In this document: positions 18,045-26,218 of the stretch, piece by piece | How the letters are laid out: every line of letters starts with the position of its first letter | How positions within the stretch are numbered: the stretch's first letter is position 1 | Assembly (NCBI GenBank): GCA_965237745.1 | Contig: OZ250156.1 | Location: forward strand, 373,932 to 437,931 | From: Dehalococcoidia bacterium | Lineage (GTDB): Bacteria; Chloroflexota; Dehalococcoidia; Lucifugimonadales; UBA3495 | Reading direction: 5' to 3' | DNA: 64,000 bases | Position numbers and translations under genes: made by a program | Notes under the pieces: generated by a model | The model's input: the letters and a program-made list of their open reading frames with translations, nothing else | What the model was told of the DNA's origin: nothing | Database searches by the model: none

Positions 18045-18117
18045 ATTGCGAATACCGCAATTCGCTGGATTCGCAGAATAGTCTTCAAGAAAACGGTTTG
18101 ACATCTGGAGGACAAGC

Positions 18118-19320
18118 GTGACCGCTTCATATTTCAGCGAACTGCAGCCCAGTACCCGCCTTCTCCTGGGGCCGGGTCCCAGCTCGGTCCACCCGCGCGT
18201 GCTGCAGGCTATGACCCTGCCAGTGATGGGGCATCTGGACCCCGATTTCTTCCAGGTAATGAACGACATCGGGGACATGCTGCGCGAGGTTTATCACACC
18301 GACAACGTTATGACCATGCCCGTGTCAGCTACCGGCACCGGCGCTATGGAGACCGCCTGCGCCAACATTCTTGAACCCGGCGACACCATGGTCGTATGCC
18401 GCAATGGGTACTTCGGCATCCGCTTGGGCAACATCGCCGAGCGGTGCGGCGCAGTGGTCCATGAGGTGGACTCGCCTTGGGGCCAGCCCGTGGACCCGCA
18501 GGCGCTCAGCGATGAACTGGACAAACACCCAAGGGTCAAGGCCGTAGGCGTGGTCCACGCCGAGACCTCCACCGGCGTGCTCACGCCGCTGCCGGAGCTT
18601 ATGGACGTCATCCACCGCCACGGCGCGCTGGCCATAGTGGACGCCGTGACCTCGCTGGGCGGCCACGATATGCAGGTGGACGAATGGGGCATTGACGTGT
18701 GCTACAGCGGCACGCAGAAGTGCCTCGGCGCCCCTCCGGGACTGGCTCCCATCACCCTCAGCGAGTCTGCAATGCAGGTGGTGAAGACTCGAGAGACCCA
18801 GGTCCAGAGCTTCTACTTCAACCTGCAGGACTTGGAGAGTTACTGGGGCCAGAGCCGTAGCTACCACCACACCGCCCCCATATCCATGACCTATGCCCTT
18901 CGCGAGGCGCTGCGCATGATGATGGAGGAGGGTATCGAGACCCGCATCCAACGCCACGCCAAGGTTGCAGCGTCCCTGCGGGCCGGGCTGGAGGCGCTGG
19001 GGATGGAGTTGTTGGCAGAACCCGAATACCGGCTCAACCCGCTGACCACGGTGGGCATTCCCGACGGCATTGACGATGCCCAGGTGCGGGCGACCCTGCT
19101 CAATGACTACGGCATCGAGATCGGCGGCGGGCTTGGCGAGTTCCGCGGTAAGGCTTGGCGTATCGGACTGATGGGCGACTCGGCGCGGGACCGCAATGTC
19201 CTGGCCCTGCTATCGGCCCTGGAGCAGATCCTGAACGTCAGCGGATACGAGGTTGCCTACGGTTCTAGTCTCGCTGCCGCCCAAAAAGCCCTCGCCGCCT
19301 CGGCTCCCTCGTCTGGTTAG
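18118..19320 (+). CDS. Class-V aminotransferase (alanine-glyoxylate / serine-pyruvate type)
   Basis: 400 aa with a GTG start. LLLGPGPSSVHPRVLQAM, VVHAETSTGV and SGTQKCLGAPPGLAP (PLP-Lys context) are typical of the AGXT family. Confidence 0.8.
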   Translation: MTASYFSELQPSTRLLLGPGPSSVHPRVLQAMTLPVMGHLDPDFFQVMNDIGDMLREVYHTDNVMTMPVSATGTGAMETACANILEPGDTMVVCRNGYFGIRLGNIAERCGAVVHEVDSPWGQPVDPQALSDELDKHPRVKAVGVVHAETSTGVLTPLPELMDVIHRHGALAIVDAVTSLGGHDMQVDEWGIDVCYSGTQKCLGAPPGLAPITLSESAMQVVKTRETQVQSFYFNLQDLESYWGQSRSYHHTAPISMTYALREALRMMMEEGIETRIQRHAKVAASLRAGLEALGMELLAEPEYRLNPLTTVGIPDGIDDAQVRATLLNDYGIEIGGGLGEFRGKAWRIGLMGDSARDRNVLALLSALEQILNVSGYEVAYGSSLAAAQKALAASAPSSG

Positions 19321-20848
19321 CCCGGGCCTCCTCCAGGTCCATCTGCAACGGCGTCGGCTCGCGGCCACCTGACCGGCGCCCAGCTCCCCGGCCACGGCCA
19401 CGGCCGGCTGGACTCGGTTCCTCCAGCCGGTATGCCTCGTCCAGGATGTCCACCACGTGCCGCACCGGGGTGTCCTGACCTGCGGCGCGCAGGCCCTGCT
19501 CCAGTTGCAGCATACAGCCGGGGTTGGCGGTGAGGGCCTCCTCCGCTTCCGTCTCCATGATCGCCTCCACCTTGCGGCTCAGTATCCGGCGGGAAAGCAT
19601 CGGCTGCACCGCCGAGTATATTCCCGCGCCACCGCAGCACATGGCGGGGTTCTCCATCTCCTGGAGGCGCACACCCGTGATCGACTGGAGGATGGTCCGG
19701 GGAGCAGCGGAAATCCGTTGCGCGTGGACCAGGTGGCAGGGGTCCTGATAGGTGACCTGCCGGTCAAGGTGCGCCATCGGGCGGCGGAACGGCAGTTCCA
19801 GCAGCAACTCCGTGATGTCCCTCGTTATCTCGCAGGCTTGGCGGGCCTTGTCGGCATACTCCGGGTCATCCTTCAGCAGCTCGTGGTACTCCTTCATGCT
19901 GGCGCCGCAACCGGCGGAGCAGGTTACGATGCGGTCGGCGCCGGTGGCGAGAAAGGCGTCCATGTTGCGCCGTGCCATTGCCCGCCCGGTTTCCAGATCG
20001 CCGGCGTGCAGGTTGAGCGCACCGCAGCAACCCTGCCGGGGCGGGACGGACACCTCGCAGCCGTTGCCGGTGAGGACCCGCACCGTTGCCTTCATCGTCT
20101 CCGCCTGCATCAGCGGCATCACGCAGCCCGAAAGCAGCGCGACCTTCAGGCGCGGCTGCTCCCCGTCCGGACGGTAGGTGCGGCGAGACGGACCAAAGAA
20201 CCGCCCGCTCATCCGGGGAAGCTTGGATTCCAGCTCTCTCACACTTGCAGGCAGCAGGCGGACCAGCCTGGTGCGGCGAGCCAAGCTCTGCATCCCCAGG
20301 TGCTGATAGATCCGCAACAGGCTCGCCCCCATCCGCATCAGACCCGGGCGCGGCAGCAGACTCCGCAGGAACCAGCGGGTCATTCGCTTCATGCTCTCCG
20401 ACTGTCGGCCGCGGGCCCTGACCTGTGCCCGGGTCCGCTCCATCATCCGCCCGTAGGGCACGCCCGAAGGGCACACCGCCTCGCAGGCGCGGCAGTTGAG
20501 GCAGGCCTCCCAGTGGGACACGATGCGGTCGCTGATGCCGACCCGCCCCTCGTTGACCGCCTTCATCAGCGCTATGCGGCCCCGGGGTGACTCCATTTCC
20601 AAGCCGGTGGCGCCATAGGTCGGGCACGCGCTGAGGCAGAGCCCGCAATGAACGCAGCGGTACATATCGGCTTCGGCGGGAGCATCGATGCCCGTAAATC
20701 CCGCGAACAGCGTTGACAGGGGCGGCTGCGGCCGGTGCTCGCCAAGGCCGCCGTCGGCAACCGTGTCACTTCCAGGCCCCTCACTCCCAAGCTCCGGGGA
20801 CACGACGGGCGAGTCCGAATTAGGGTTGCCGTTCTGGTTGGTGGTCAT
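19265..20848 (-). CDS. glcF: Glycolate oxidase iron-sulfur subunit-like (GlcF)
   Basis: CVHCGLCLSACPTY and CLNCRACEAVCPSGV ferredoxin motifs plus two CCG-type Cys-rich domains. I place the start at the ATG at 20846-48, which overlaps the glcE stop (ATGA). The Arg/Gly-rich C-terminal tail overlaps the convergent aminotransferase 3' end by 56 nt. Confidence 0.75.
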   Translation of the reverse strand: MTTNQNGNPNSDSPVVSPELGSEGPGSDTVADGGLGEHRPQPPLSTLFAGFTGIDAPAEADMYRCVHCGLCLSACPTYGATGLEMESPRGRIALMKAVNEGRVGISDRIVSHWEACLNCRACEAVCPSGVPYGRMMERTRAQVRARGRQSESMKRMTRWFLRSLLPRPGLMRMGASLLRIYQHLGMQSLARRTRLVRLLPASVRELESKLPRMSGRFFGPSRRTYRPDGEQPRLKVALLSGCVMPLMQAETMKATVRVLTGNGCEVSVPPRQGCCGALNLHAGDLETGRAMARRNMDAFLATGADRIVTCSAGCGASMKEYHELLKDDPEYADKARQACEITRDITELLLELPFRRPMAHLDRQVTYQDPCHLVHAQRISAAPRTILQSITGVRLQEMENPAMCCGGAGIYSAVQPMLSRRILSRKVEAIMETEAEEALTANPGCMLQLEQGLRAAGQDTPVRHVVDILDEAYRLEEPSPAGRGRGRGAGRRSGGREPTPLQMDLEEARANQTREPRRRGLFGRQRD

Positions 20849-22203
20849 CAGAGCCGCCCCACAAAGCGCCCGCGATTCAGCAGGCGCTGCGGGTCTAGCT
20901 GTTCCTTGATTCGTCGAAATAATTCCATACTCCCGGGCTCCGCTCCCCATACGTCCAGGTTTACCTTCAGGGATGGGTGGCAAACTTCGATGACTACCGA
21001 CGCGCCGTGTTGCCTGGCGGCCTGCCGAACATCGTTGACGGCGCACATGATGCCCTCGTCGTCGGACTCACCCCAGAACAGCACCCTCACAGCGCCAAAG
21101 CCGGGATCGGCCAGTATTTCCGAGGGGGTTTCCAGCAGGCCGATCCGCAGGCAGGTTTCCGCCAAGTTGGGAATGGTCCTGCGCGGCGCCGTCAAGCGCA
21201 ATGCCAGCACAGGCTGCGTGGCTTCCTGCCATCCCAAATCGACCGCCCATTGGCGGGCGGCTCGTGGACCCTCGCCCTCCACGGTAAGAGCGTCGATGGC
21301 GCCCGCGTTTAGCAGCGCCGCCGAGGTGTCCTCCACCCTGCGCTTGACCGCTCCGGCGCGCCCTGAGAAGAAGCAGAGTCCCAGCCCGCCCATTCTCTCG
21401 CCCATGGCCTGGCCCAAGGGAGAGCCGGGATGAGTGGACAGAAAGTGGCGCGCCAACCCTCCGGTGACCGCCAGGTAGCTCATGGGCCCGGACGGGAGGT
21501 TCAGAGCCTCCCAGCCGGCTTGAATTGCCTCTTCCATGGTATCGAAGAGGGCGACCAGTGCATAATCCTCGGGCTGTAGAGGAGAAACCTTGAACGAGGC
21601 CTCCACAATGATACCCAAGGTGCCCATAGAACCGGTGTAGAGCTTGTTCAGGTCGTACCCGGTAACGTTCTTGACCACCCGTCCCCCGGCCTTGGTCGCC
21701 ACGCCGTCGGCGCCCACGACGCCGACGCCGATGAGCCAGTCGCGGGGCGGACCGTACGCATGAGCCATCGGCCCGGAGCAGGCGGTGGCCAGCGTACCGC
21801 CCACGGTGGCCCTTCCCGGCAACGGCGACTCCAACGGCACGAACTGCCGGGCCGCCGCCAGCTCCCGTTGCAGCGCCTCCAGCGTGATACCAGCCTCCAC
21901 CGTGGCGGTCATATCCCCCGGCTGGTAATCGATGACGCGATTGAGGCGGGAGAGATCCAGCACCAACCCCACGCTGTCGGGCGGGTTGCCCAAGGCGGTC
22001 TTGGTGCCGCCTCCCCGGGGAAAGACGGTCACGCCGCTCTCCGCCGCCCAGCGCATCACGGCCGCCACCTGCTCCCGGTCCTCAGGCACAACCACCGCCA
22101 TGGGGCTGAGCCCGTCAATAGCGTACTCGGAATGCACATTTAAGGGAGGCAGCGCCCTCGGCGGCACAATCCCGCTCAGCTCATCGGCATAGGGCGTGGT
22201 CAA
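20848..22203 (-). CDS. glcE: Glycolate oxidase FAD-binding subunit-like (GlcE)
   Basis: 451 aa. An FAD_binding_4 pattern (VFPRGGGTKTALGNPP..., VKNVTGYDLNKLYTGSMGTLGII) sits between the GlcD and GlcF homologues. Confidence 0.75.
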   Translation of the reverse strand: MTTPYADELSGIVPPRALPPLNVHSEYAIDGLSPMAVVVPEDREQVAAVMRWAAESGVTVFPRGGGTKTALGNPPDSVGLVLDLSRLNRVIDYQPGDMTATVEAGITLEALQRELAAARQFVPLESPLPGRATVGGTLATACSGPMAHAYGPPRDWLIGVGVVGADGVATKAGGRVVKNVTGYDLNKLYTGSMGTLGIIVEASFKVSPLQPEDYALVALFDTMEEAIQAGWEALNLPSGPMSYLAVTGGLARHFLSTHPGSPLGQAMGERMGGLGLCFFSGRAGAVKRRVEDTSAALLNAGAIDALTVEGEGPRAARQWAVDLGWQEATQPVLALRLTAPRRTIPNLAETCLRIGLLETPSEILADPGFGAVRVLFWGESDDEGIMCAVNDVRQAARQHGASVVIEVCHPSLKVNLDVWGAEPGSMELFRRIKEQLDPQRLLNRGRFVGRL

Positions 22204-22260
22204 CGGGTACTCCGGCGATGATCGGGCGTAGTACGCTCATCAAAGATTTCGTTAATCCTA

Positions 22261-23052
22261 TCATTCGCTCACAGGGATGAGTGCTACTTTCTTTTCCTGC
22301 GCCAATTGCTGTCGCGAGTCATCCAAATAGGCTCCGACAACCGCAGGAACAGACTCCTCACGGGTGGCCCTACTCAGGATTTCGGCCCTGGTCGCCGCTC
22401 GATCGATGTCGCTTTCGCCGACTGTGACCGAAACCTCCAAGGCTACGTAGACCATAGATTGCCGGTTGTATCCTTGGATAACGATGTCCGAGTTTCCAAC
22501 TTCGACTCGTTCTCGCTCCGTGATGAGGCCTTCCTCTTCCGCAGAGTCCACGAGATTGTGAAAGCCCATATCGTCGGAGGTTTTGTAGCCCTTCAGAACT
22601 CTGACTCGGCGCAGGCCCATATGCTGACCCACTATGCTGGCGATGTTGTTTCCCACTTTCTGCTCGTAGATCGCCCCCTTGATATTGCCAACGTCGCCCT
22701 CCAACCGAGACTGGCCGCCCTCCAACCGTGCTTGGCCAGACTTCAGGTCAGCTACATCAATTTCCAACCGTGCTTGGCCAGACTTCAGGTCAGCCACATC
22801 AATTTCCAACCGTGCTTGGCCAGACTTCAGGTCAGCTACATCAATTTCCAACCGTGCTTGGCCAGCCTTCAGGTCAGCCACATCGGTCTCCAGCGTGCCC
22901 AATCTCTGGTTAGTGGCTTGGGCGTACTCGGCTAATCGCTGCGGCAGTTCCAGCACATCCTTGCTCAGCAGGGCAGCGCGCAGAGCGTCGGCCCATTCGG
23001 GCTGCTCGCGAATGATGCGCAGGATATCGGTAATATCGTTGACGGTAGTCAT
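22261..23052 (-). CDS. Coiled-coil tandem-repeat protein with a C-terminal PD-(D/E)XK-like (EVS-motif) domain; function unknown
   Basis: The start MTTVNDITDILRIIREQPEW is at 23050-52. Repeats of LEIDVADLK(S/A)GQAR follow. The C-terminal ...VEVGNSDIVIQGYNRQSMVYVALEVSVTVGESDIDRAATRAEIL resembles a restriction-endonuclease-like core. The longer 346-aa track ORF overlaps glcD and is rejected. Confidence 0.6.
   Translation of the reverse strand: MTTVNDITDILRIIREQPEWADALRAALLSKDVLELPQRLAEYAQATNQRLGTLETDVADLKAGQARLEIDVADLKSGQARLEIDVADLKSGQARLEIDVADLKSGQARLEGGQSRLEGDVGNIKGAIYEQKVGNNIASIVGQHMGLRRVRVLKGYKTSDDMGFHNLVDSAEEEGLITERERVEVGNSDIVIQGYNRQSMVYVALEVSVTVGESDIDRAATRAEILSRATREESVPAVVGAYLDDSRQQLAQEKKVALIPVSE
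22701..22889. repeat. 42-bp tandem repeat array (about 4.5 units, three nearly identical) inside the coiled-coil gene
   Basis: The unit ccaaccgtgcttggccagacttcaggtcagc(t/c)acatcaatttc starts at 22722, 22764, 22806 and 22848 (the last diverged), with a 21-bp partial unit at 22701. Confidence 0.85.
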
Positions 23053-23119
23053 GCTCTTTCCTGTATCAGGAACATCATTGTACCCCCTAGCGGCTCGACA
23101 GGGGACGACAATCGGGCCG

Positions 23120-24604
23120 CTAGGCGTACATTCCCGGCGTGGGGCGATGGGCGGCGGCGTGGTGGCGGTGGCCATCGGGGAATATCTTGCCGGGGTTGAT
23201 GTTGTTGCGCGGGGCGAAGGCGTCCCGCACCCGGCGCATGACCGCCATGTCCTCTGGCGTATAGACCAGCGGCATCTGCTCCTTCTTCTCCAGCCCCACA
23301 CCGTGCTCGCCGGTCAGCGTGCCGCCGGCGGCTACGCAGACCTCCAGCACCTCAGCGCCGGCCACGGTGATCCTCTCCAGCGCCCCTGGTTCACGTTCGT
23401 CGAAGAGCAGACACGGATGCAGGTTGCCGTCGCCGGCGTGGAAGACGTTGGCTATTGAAACGCCATGCTTGCGTCCCACCTCAGCGACCTGCTGCAGCAC
23501 CGTGGCGAGCTGCGTTCGTGGGACCACTCCGTCCACCAGGTAGTAGTTGGGGGCCAGACTGCCCAGCGCCCCCAGCGCTCCCTTGCGGCCCTTCCACAAC
23601 TGCTCACGCTCGGCAGCCGCGGCGGCGAATCGCACCTCGCTGGCGCCGGTATCCCACAGGGCCGCCTCAACCTCAAGGCCGATCTCGTCGACTTCCTCGT
23701 TCAGCCCCTCAAGCTCGATCAGCAGCACCGCCCCTGCGTCCTCCGGGTATCCGGCGTCGGACACGTTCTGCACTGCCTGTATGCTCAGGGCGTCGATCAT
23801 CTCCAGTGCGGCGGGCACAATACCATGACCGATGACGGCGGATACGGCAGTGCAGGCCGATTCCACATCGGGAAAGATGCCGAGGTATGTCTTGACCGCC
23901 TCGGGAATCGGCAGGACCCTCACCATGATGCGAGTGGCGATTCCGAAAGTTCCCTCCGAGCCGGTGAACACGCCGCGCAGGTCATAGCCTGGGGTCTCCC
24001 GGGCCATACTGCCGAGGTTCACCACGCTCCCGTCCTCCAGCACCACTTCCATGCCCAGAACGTGGTTGGTGGTGGTCCCGTAGGCCAAGCAGTGGGGCCC
24101 GCCGGCGTTCTCCGCGATGTTGCCGCCCAGGCTGCAAGCCCGCTGGCTGGACGGGTCAGGAGCGTAGCGCATTCCAAACCGGCGCACGTAGGTGTCGAGG
24201 TCCAGGTTGATTACCCCCGGCTCGACCACCGCGTGCCGGTTCTCCCGGTTGACCTCCAAGATGCGATTCATTCGCGTGAAGGCGATCTGGATTCCGTCGG
24301 GGTGCGAAATCGCACCGCCGCTGAGCCCAGTCCCCGAACCGCGCCCCACCACCGGAACCCCGGCCTCCCAAGCCAGCTTCATTACCCGGCTGACCTCGTG
24401 AGTGTTCAGCGGGAACGCCACGGCGTTGGGCATCCCTCGGTCTATCGAACCGTCGTACTCGAAAACCAGCAGGTCGTCGGGATGATAGACGACGTTGCCG
24501 TACCCAACGATCTGCTGAAGTCGGGCAATGAATTCCCCAATACCAAAGGCGGCCAGTCCGCCTGCCGGTCGGGCGCTTACATTATTGGCAGTGGTCAAGT
24601 CCAA
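23120..24604 (-). CDS. glcD: Glycolate oxidase subunit GlcD-like FAD-linked oxidase
   Basis: 494 aa. VVGRGSGTGLSGGA, FAD_binding_4 and FAD-oxidase_C regions, and a ...HGVGLEKK... C-terminal motif. Confidence 0.8.
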   Translation of the reverse strand: MDLTTANNVSARPAGGLAAFGIGEFIARLQQIVGYGNVVYHPDDLLVFEYDGSIDRGMPNAVAFPLNTHEVSRVMKLAWEAGVPVVGRGSGTGLSGGAISHPDGIQIAFTRMNRILEVNRENRHAVVEPGVINLDLDTYVRRFGMRYAPDPSSQRACSLGGNIAENAGGPHCLAYGTTTNHVLGMEVVLEDGSVVNLGSMARETPGYDLRGVFTGSEGTFGIATRIMVRVLPIPEAVKTYLGIFPDVESACTAVSAVIGHGIVPAALEMIDALSIQAVQNVSDAGYPEDAGAVLLIELEGLNEEVDEIGLEVEAALWDTGASEVRFAAAAAEREQLWKGRKGALGALGSLAPNYYLVDGVVPRTQLATVLQQVAEVGRKHGVSIANVFHAGDGNLHPCLLFDEREPGALERITVAGAEVLEVCVAAGGTLTGEHGVGLEKKEQMPLVYTPEDMAVMRRVRDAFAPRNNINPGKIFPDGHRHHAAAHRPTPGMYA

Positions 24605-24920
24605 TCTCGCCGGAAAGTATGAGCCGAGTCAATCGATGGGCAATTGATAACCGAAATGCGCATCCTCAAAACCGTACAGGAGGCACATTCTATTCCAACC
24701 TGTATTGCTTCGGATGATAGCCCCTACCTACAAGCAAGGCAAGCGCGGTCCTCGGTTAGCCCATAACAAACACCAAGGCGCCAACTCTCGCTTAAAGAGA
24801 TATGGAGCGAGGCTCTCTTTGCCATCCTGCCTCAAATCAGCCTGGCTAGAGTGAATGAGAATGAAGCGGCAGCCATAGGGATTCGTAGGGCGCCCACTAT
24901 AAGTTGCCGACCGATTTTTG

Positions 24921-24949
24921 TTGACACCCCCACCCTTACTTGTTATGTT
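24921..24949 (+). promoter_or_regulatory. Candidate strong promoter (TTGACA, 17 nt, TGtTATGTT extended -10) upstream of the DUF3800 gene
   Basis: TTGACA at 24921-26, TG at 24941-42 and TATGTT at 24944-49. It lies ~80 nt upstream of the ATG at 25031. Confidence 0.45.
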
Positions 24950-25030
24950 GAAACTCAAGTCGGCGCCATCTGGCAGGGCTGCTAGCTAAGCCCGACGGGC
25001 TTGTTCCGGTCGACTGCTTTCGAATTTAAT

Positions 25031-25828
25031 ATGTCTATGCTTTACTTGGATGAGTCCGGTGCCCACGCGGAGGCCAGCTACTTTGTGTTAGCTGGCCTCG
25101 CTGTTTTTGAGAGAGAAATCCATTGGTTCACTCAAGATATGGAAAAACTCCAAAAGGACTACTCCCCCGCTGAAACCGAACCCGTGTTTTTCCATGTCAG
25201 CCAGCTTCGGGCGCCGCAGGGCCAATCCCTCTCTCCGCCCTGGAACCAAGTGGATCGTCAACGACGTCTGGAAATTAAGGATAAGGTATTCGAAATTATC
25301 CGAGACCGCAGGGCAGTCCTATTTGGTTGCGCAGTCGAGAAAACCTATGCGGCCCTGCGAGGAGAAGACCCCTCCTATCGAGCCTTTGAGGAGTTGACAA
25401 ACCGATTTGACCTTTACCTGACCAGAGTGAACAGAGTAGCGTCTCAAGAAAACCGCGAAGAGCCAAGAGGGTTAGTTGTTCTGGCTGGTTCGAGTTCGAG
25501 CTATGAAAAGATGATTTCATTGCTGGCCCGTCGGATGCAGCAATCAGGAACCAGATGGCGCCTGTTGCATAACGTGACATACATACCATATTTCGCTCCT
25601 GCGAAGGATACGCGGATGCTGCAATATGCCGATTTCTGCGCGAATGCGATATACGGCAGATATCACAGCAAGTTAACCGGAGATTTTGACAAGATTGCGC
25701 TAAAATTTGACCGGGATAGTGGGGTGGTTCACGGATTATCGCACTTGAGCACTGACTCTAAGTGCCCCTGCCTGGCCTGTTTTGGCAGGCAGGGGCGGCA
25801 GCAGGGATTCCTTTCGTATAGGCGCTGA
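25031..25828 (+). CDS. DUF3800-family protein
   Basis: MSMLYLDESG...YFVLAGL is the DUF3800 N-terminal signature. The track ORF begins at a TTG 30 nt upstream. The gene is a single insert in an AT-rich islet. Confidence 0.6.
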   Translation: MSMLYLDESGAHAEASYFVLAGLAVFEREIHWFTQDMEKLQKDYSPAETEPVFFHVSQLRAPQGQSLSPPWNQVDRQRRLEIKDKVFEIIRDRRAVLFGCAVEKTYAALRGEDPSYRAFEELTNRFDLYLTRVNRVASQENREEPRGLVVLAGSSSSYEKMISLLARRMQQSGTRWRLLHNVTYIPYFAPAKDTRMLQYADFCANAIYGRYHSKLTGDFDKIALKFDRDSGVVHGLSHLSTDSKCPCLACFGRQGRQQGFLSYRR

Positions 25829-25835
25829 CCTCCGC

Positions 25836-25865
25836 TTGACACGTCCGCGCGGCCTGCCCTATGCT
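25836..25865 (+). promoter_or_regulatory. Candidate promoter of the trp leader
   Basis: TTGACA (25836-41), 18-nt spacer, TATGCT (25860-65). Confidence 0.45.
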
Positions 25866-25869
25866 TACC

Positions 25870-26212
25870 GGCACAATCGAATATCCGCAAAGGCTGTGAA
25901 GGGGAGTAGTAGGCTTCCAGCAGGGCGACAAGCGAGCCGGGTTTGGTGAAAGCCGGCGCCCAGCGCAGAAGTCCGAATGGACCCCGGAGCCGCAGGCCGA
26001 ACCCACAGCAATCGCGATGGCGGATGCAACGGGCTAGGTTGAGCCGGTCAGGGCACCGTTAAAGGCCCGCGGCATGGGACTGAATAGACTCAAGTCCCCC
26101 CGCCGGTTGAGATTCCGGACACGGCTGTCTACGCCTGAGGCCAGCGCCGGAGAATAAGGGTGGCAACACGATGCAGACTCGTCCCTTGAGGGGCGGGTCT
26201 TTTTGTTTGGAG
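25870..26212 (+). promoter_or_regulatory. T-box riboswitch leader with Trp (UGG) specifier
   Basis: Stem-I-like elements are gtgaagggGAGTAg, CCAGCAGGGC and gGGTGAAAGcc. The specifier loop is GAA-UGG-A (UGG at 25978-80). The T-box core is aaGGGTGGCAACACG (26158-70), whose UGGC is complementary to a GCCA 3' end. A terminator follows immediately. Confidence 0.7.
26176..26210 (+). terminator. Intrinsic terminator of the T-box leader
   Basis: gactcgtccc-ttga-ggggcgggtc forms a 10-bp stem with 2 G-U pairs, followed by tttttgttt. It ends 9 nt before the trpE ATG. Confidence 0.7.
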
Positions 26213-26218
26213 CGCAAT

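Noticed and set aside
22701-22889. The regular 42-bp repeats here and the 99-bp repeats at 36786..37083, considered as possible CRISPR arrays.
   Set aside because: The units are directly tandem with no unique spacers. They lie in frame inside protein-coding genes (coiled-coil heptads), and no cas genes are present.
22261-23301. The 346-aa version of the repeat-protein ORF and the 593-aa version of glcF (19265..21046).
   Set aside because: The 5' extensions overlap the upstream genes (glcD and glcE) and are Arg/Pro-rich. Internal ATGs at 23052 and 20848 give sensible N-termini and the usual operon junctions.
26171-26218. The upstream ATG used by the ORF track for trpE.
   Set aside because: The extension (MQTRPLRGGSFCLERN) would be translated from the T-box core and terminator hairpin. 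TrpE homology starts at MYYPTLEQV (26219).
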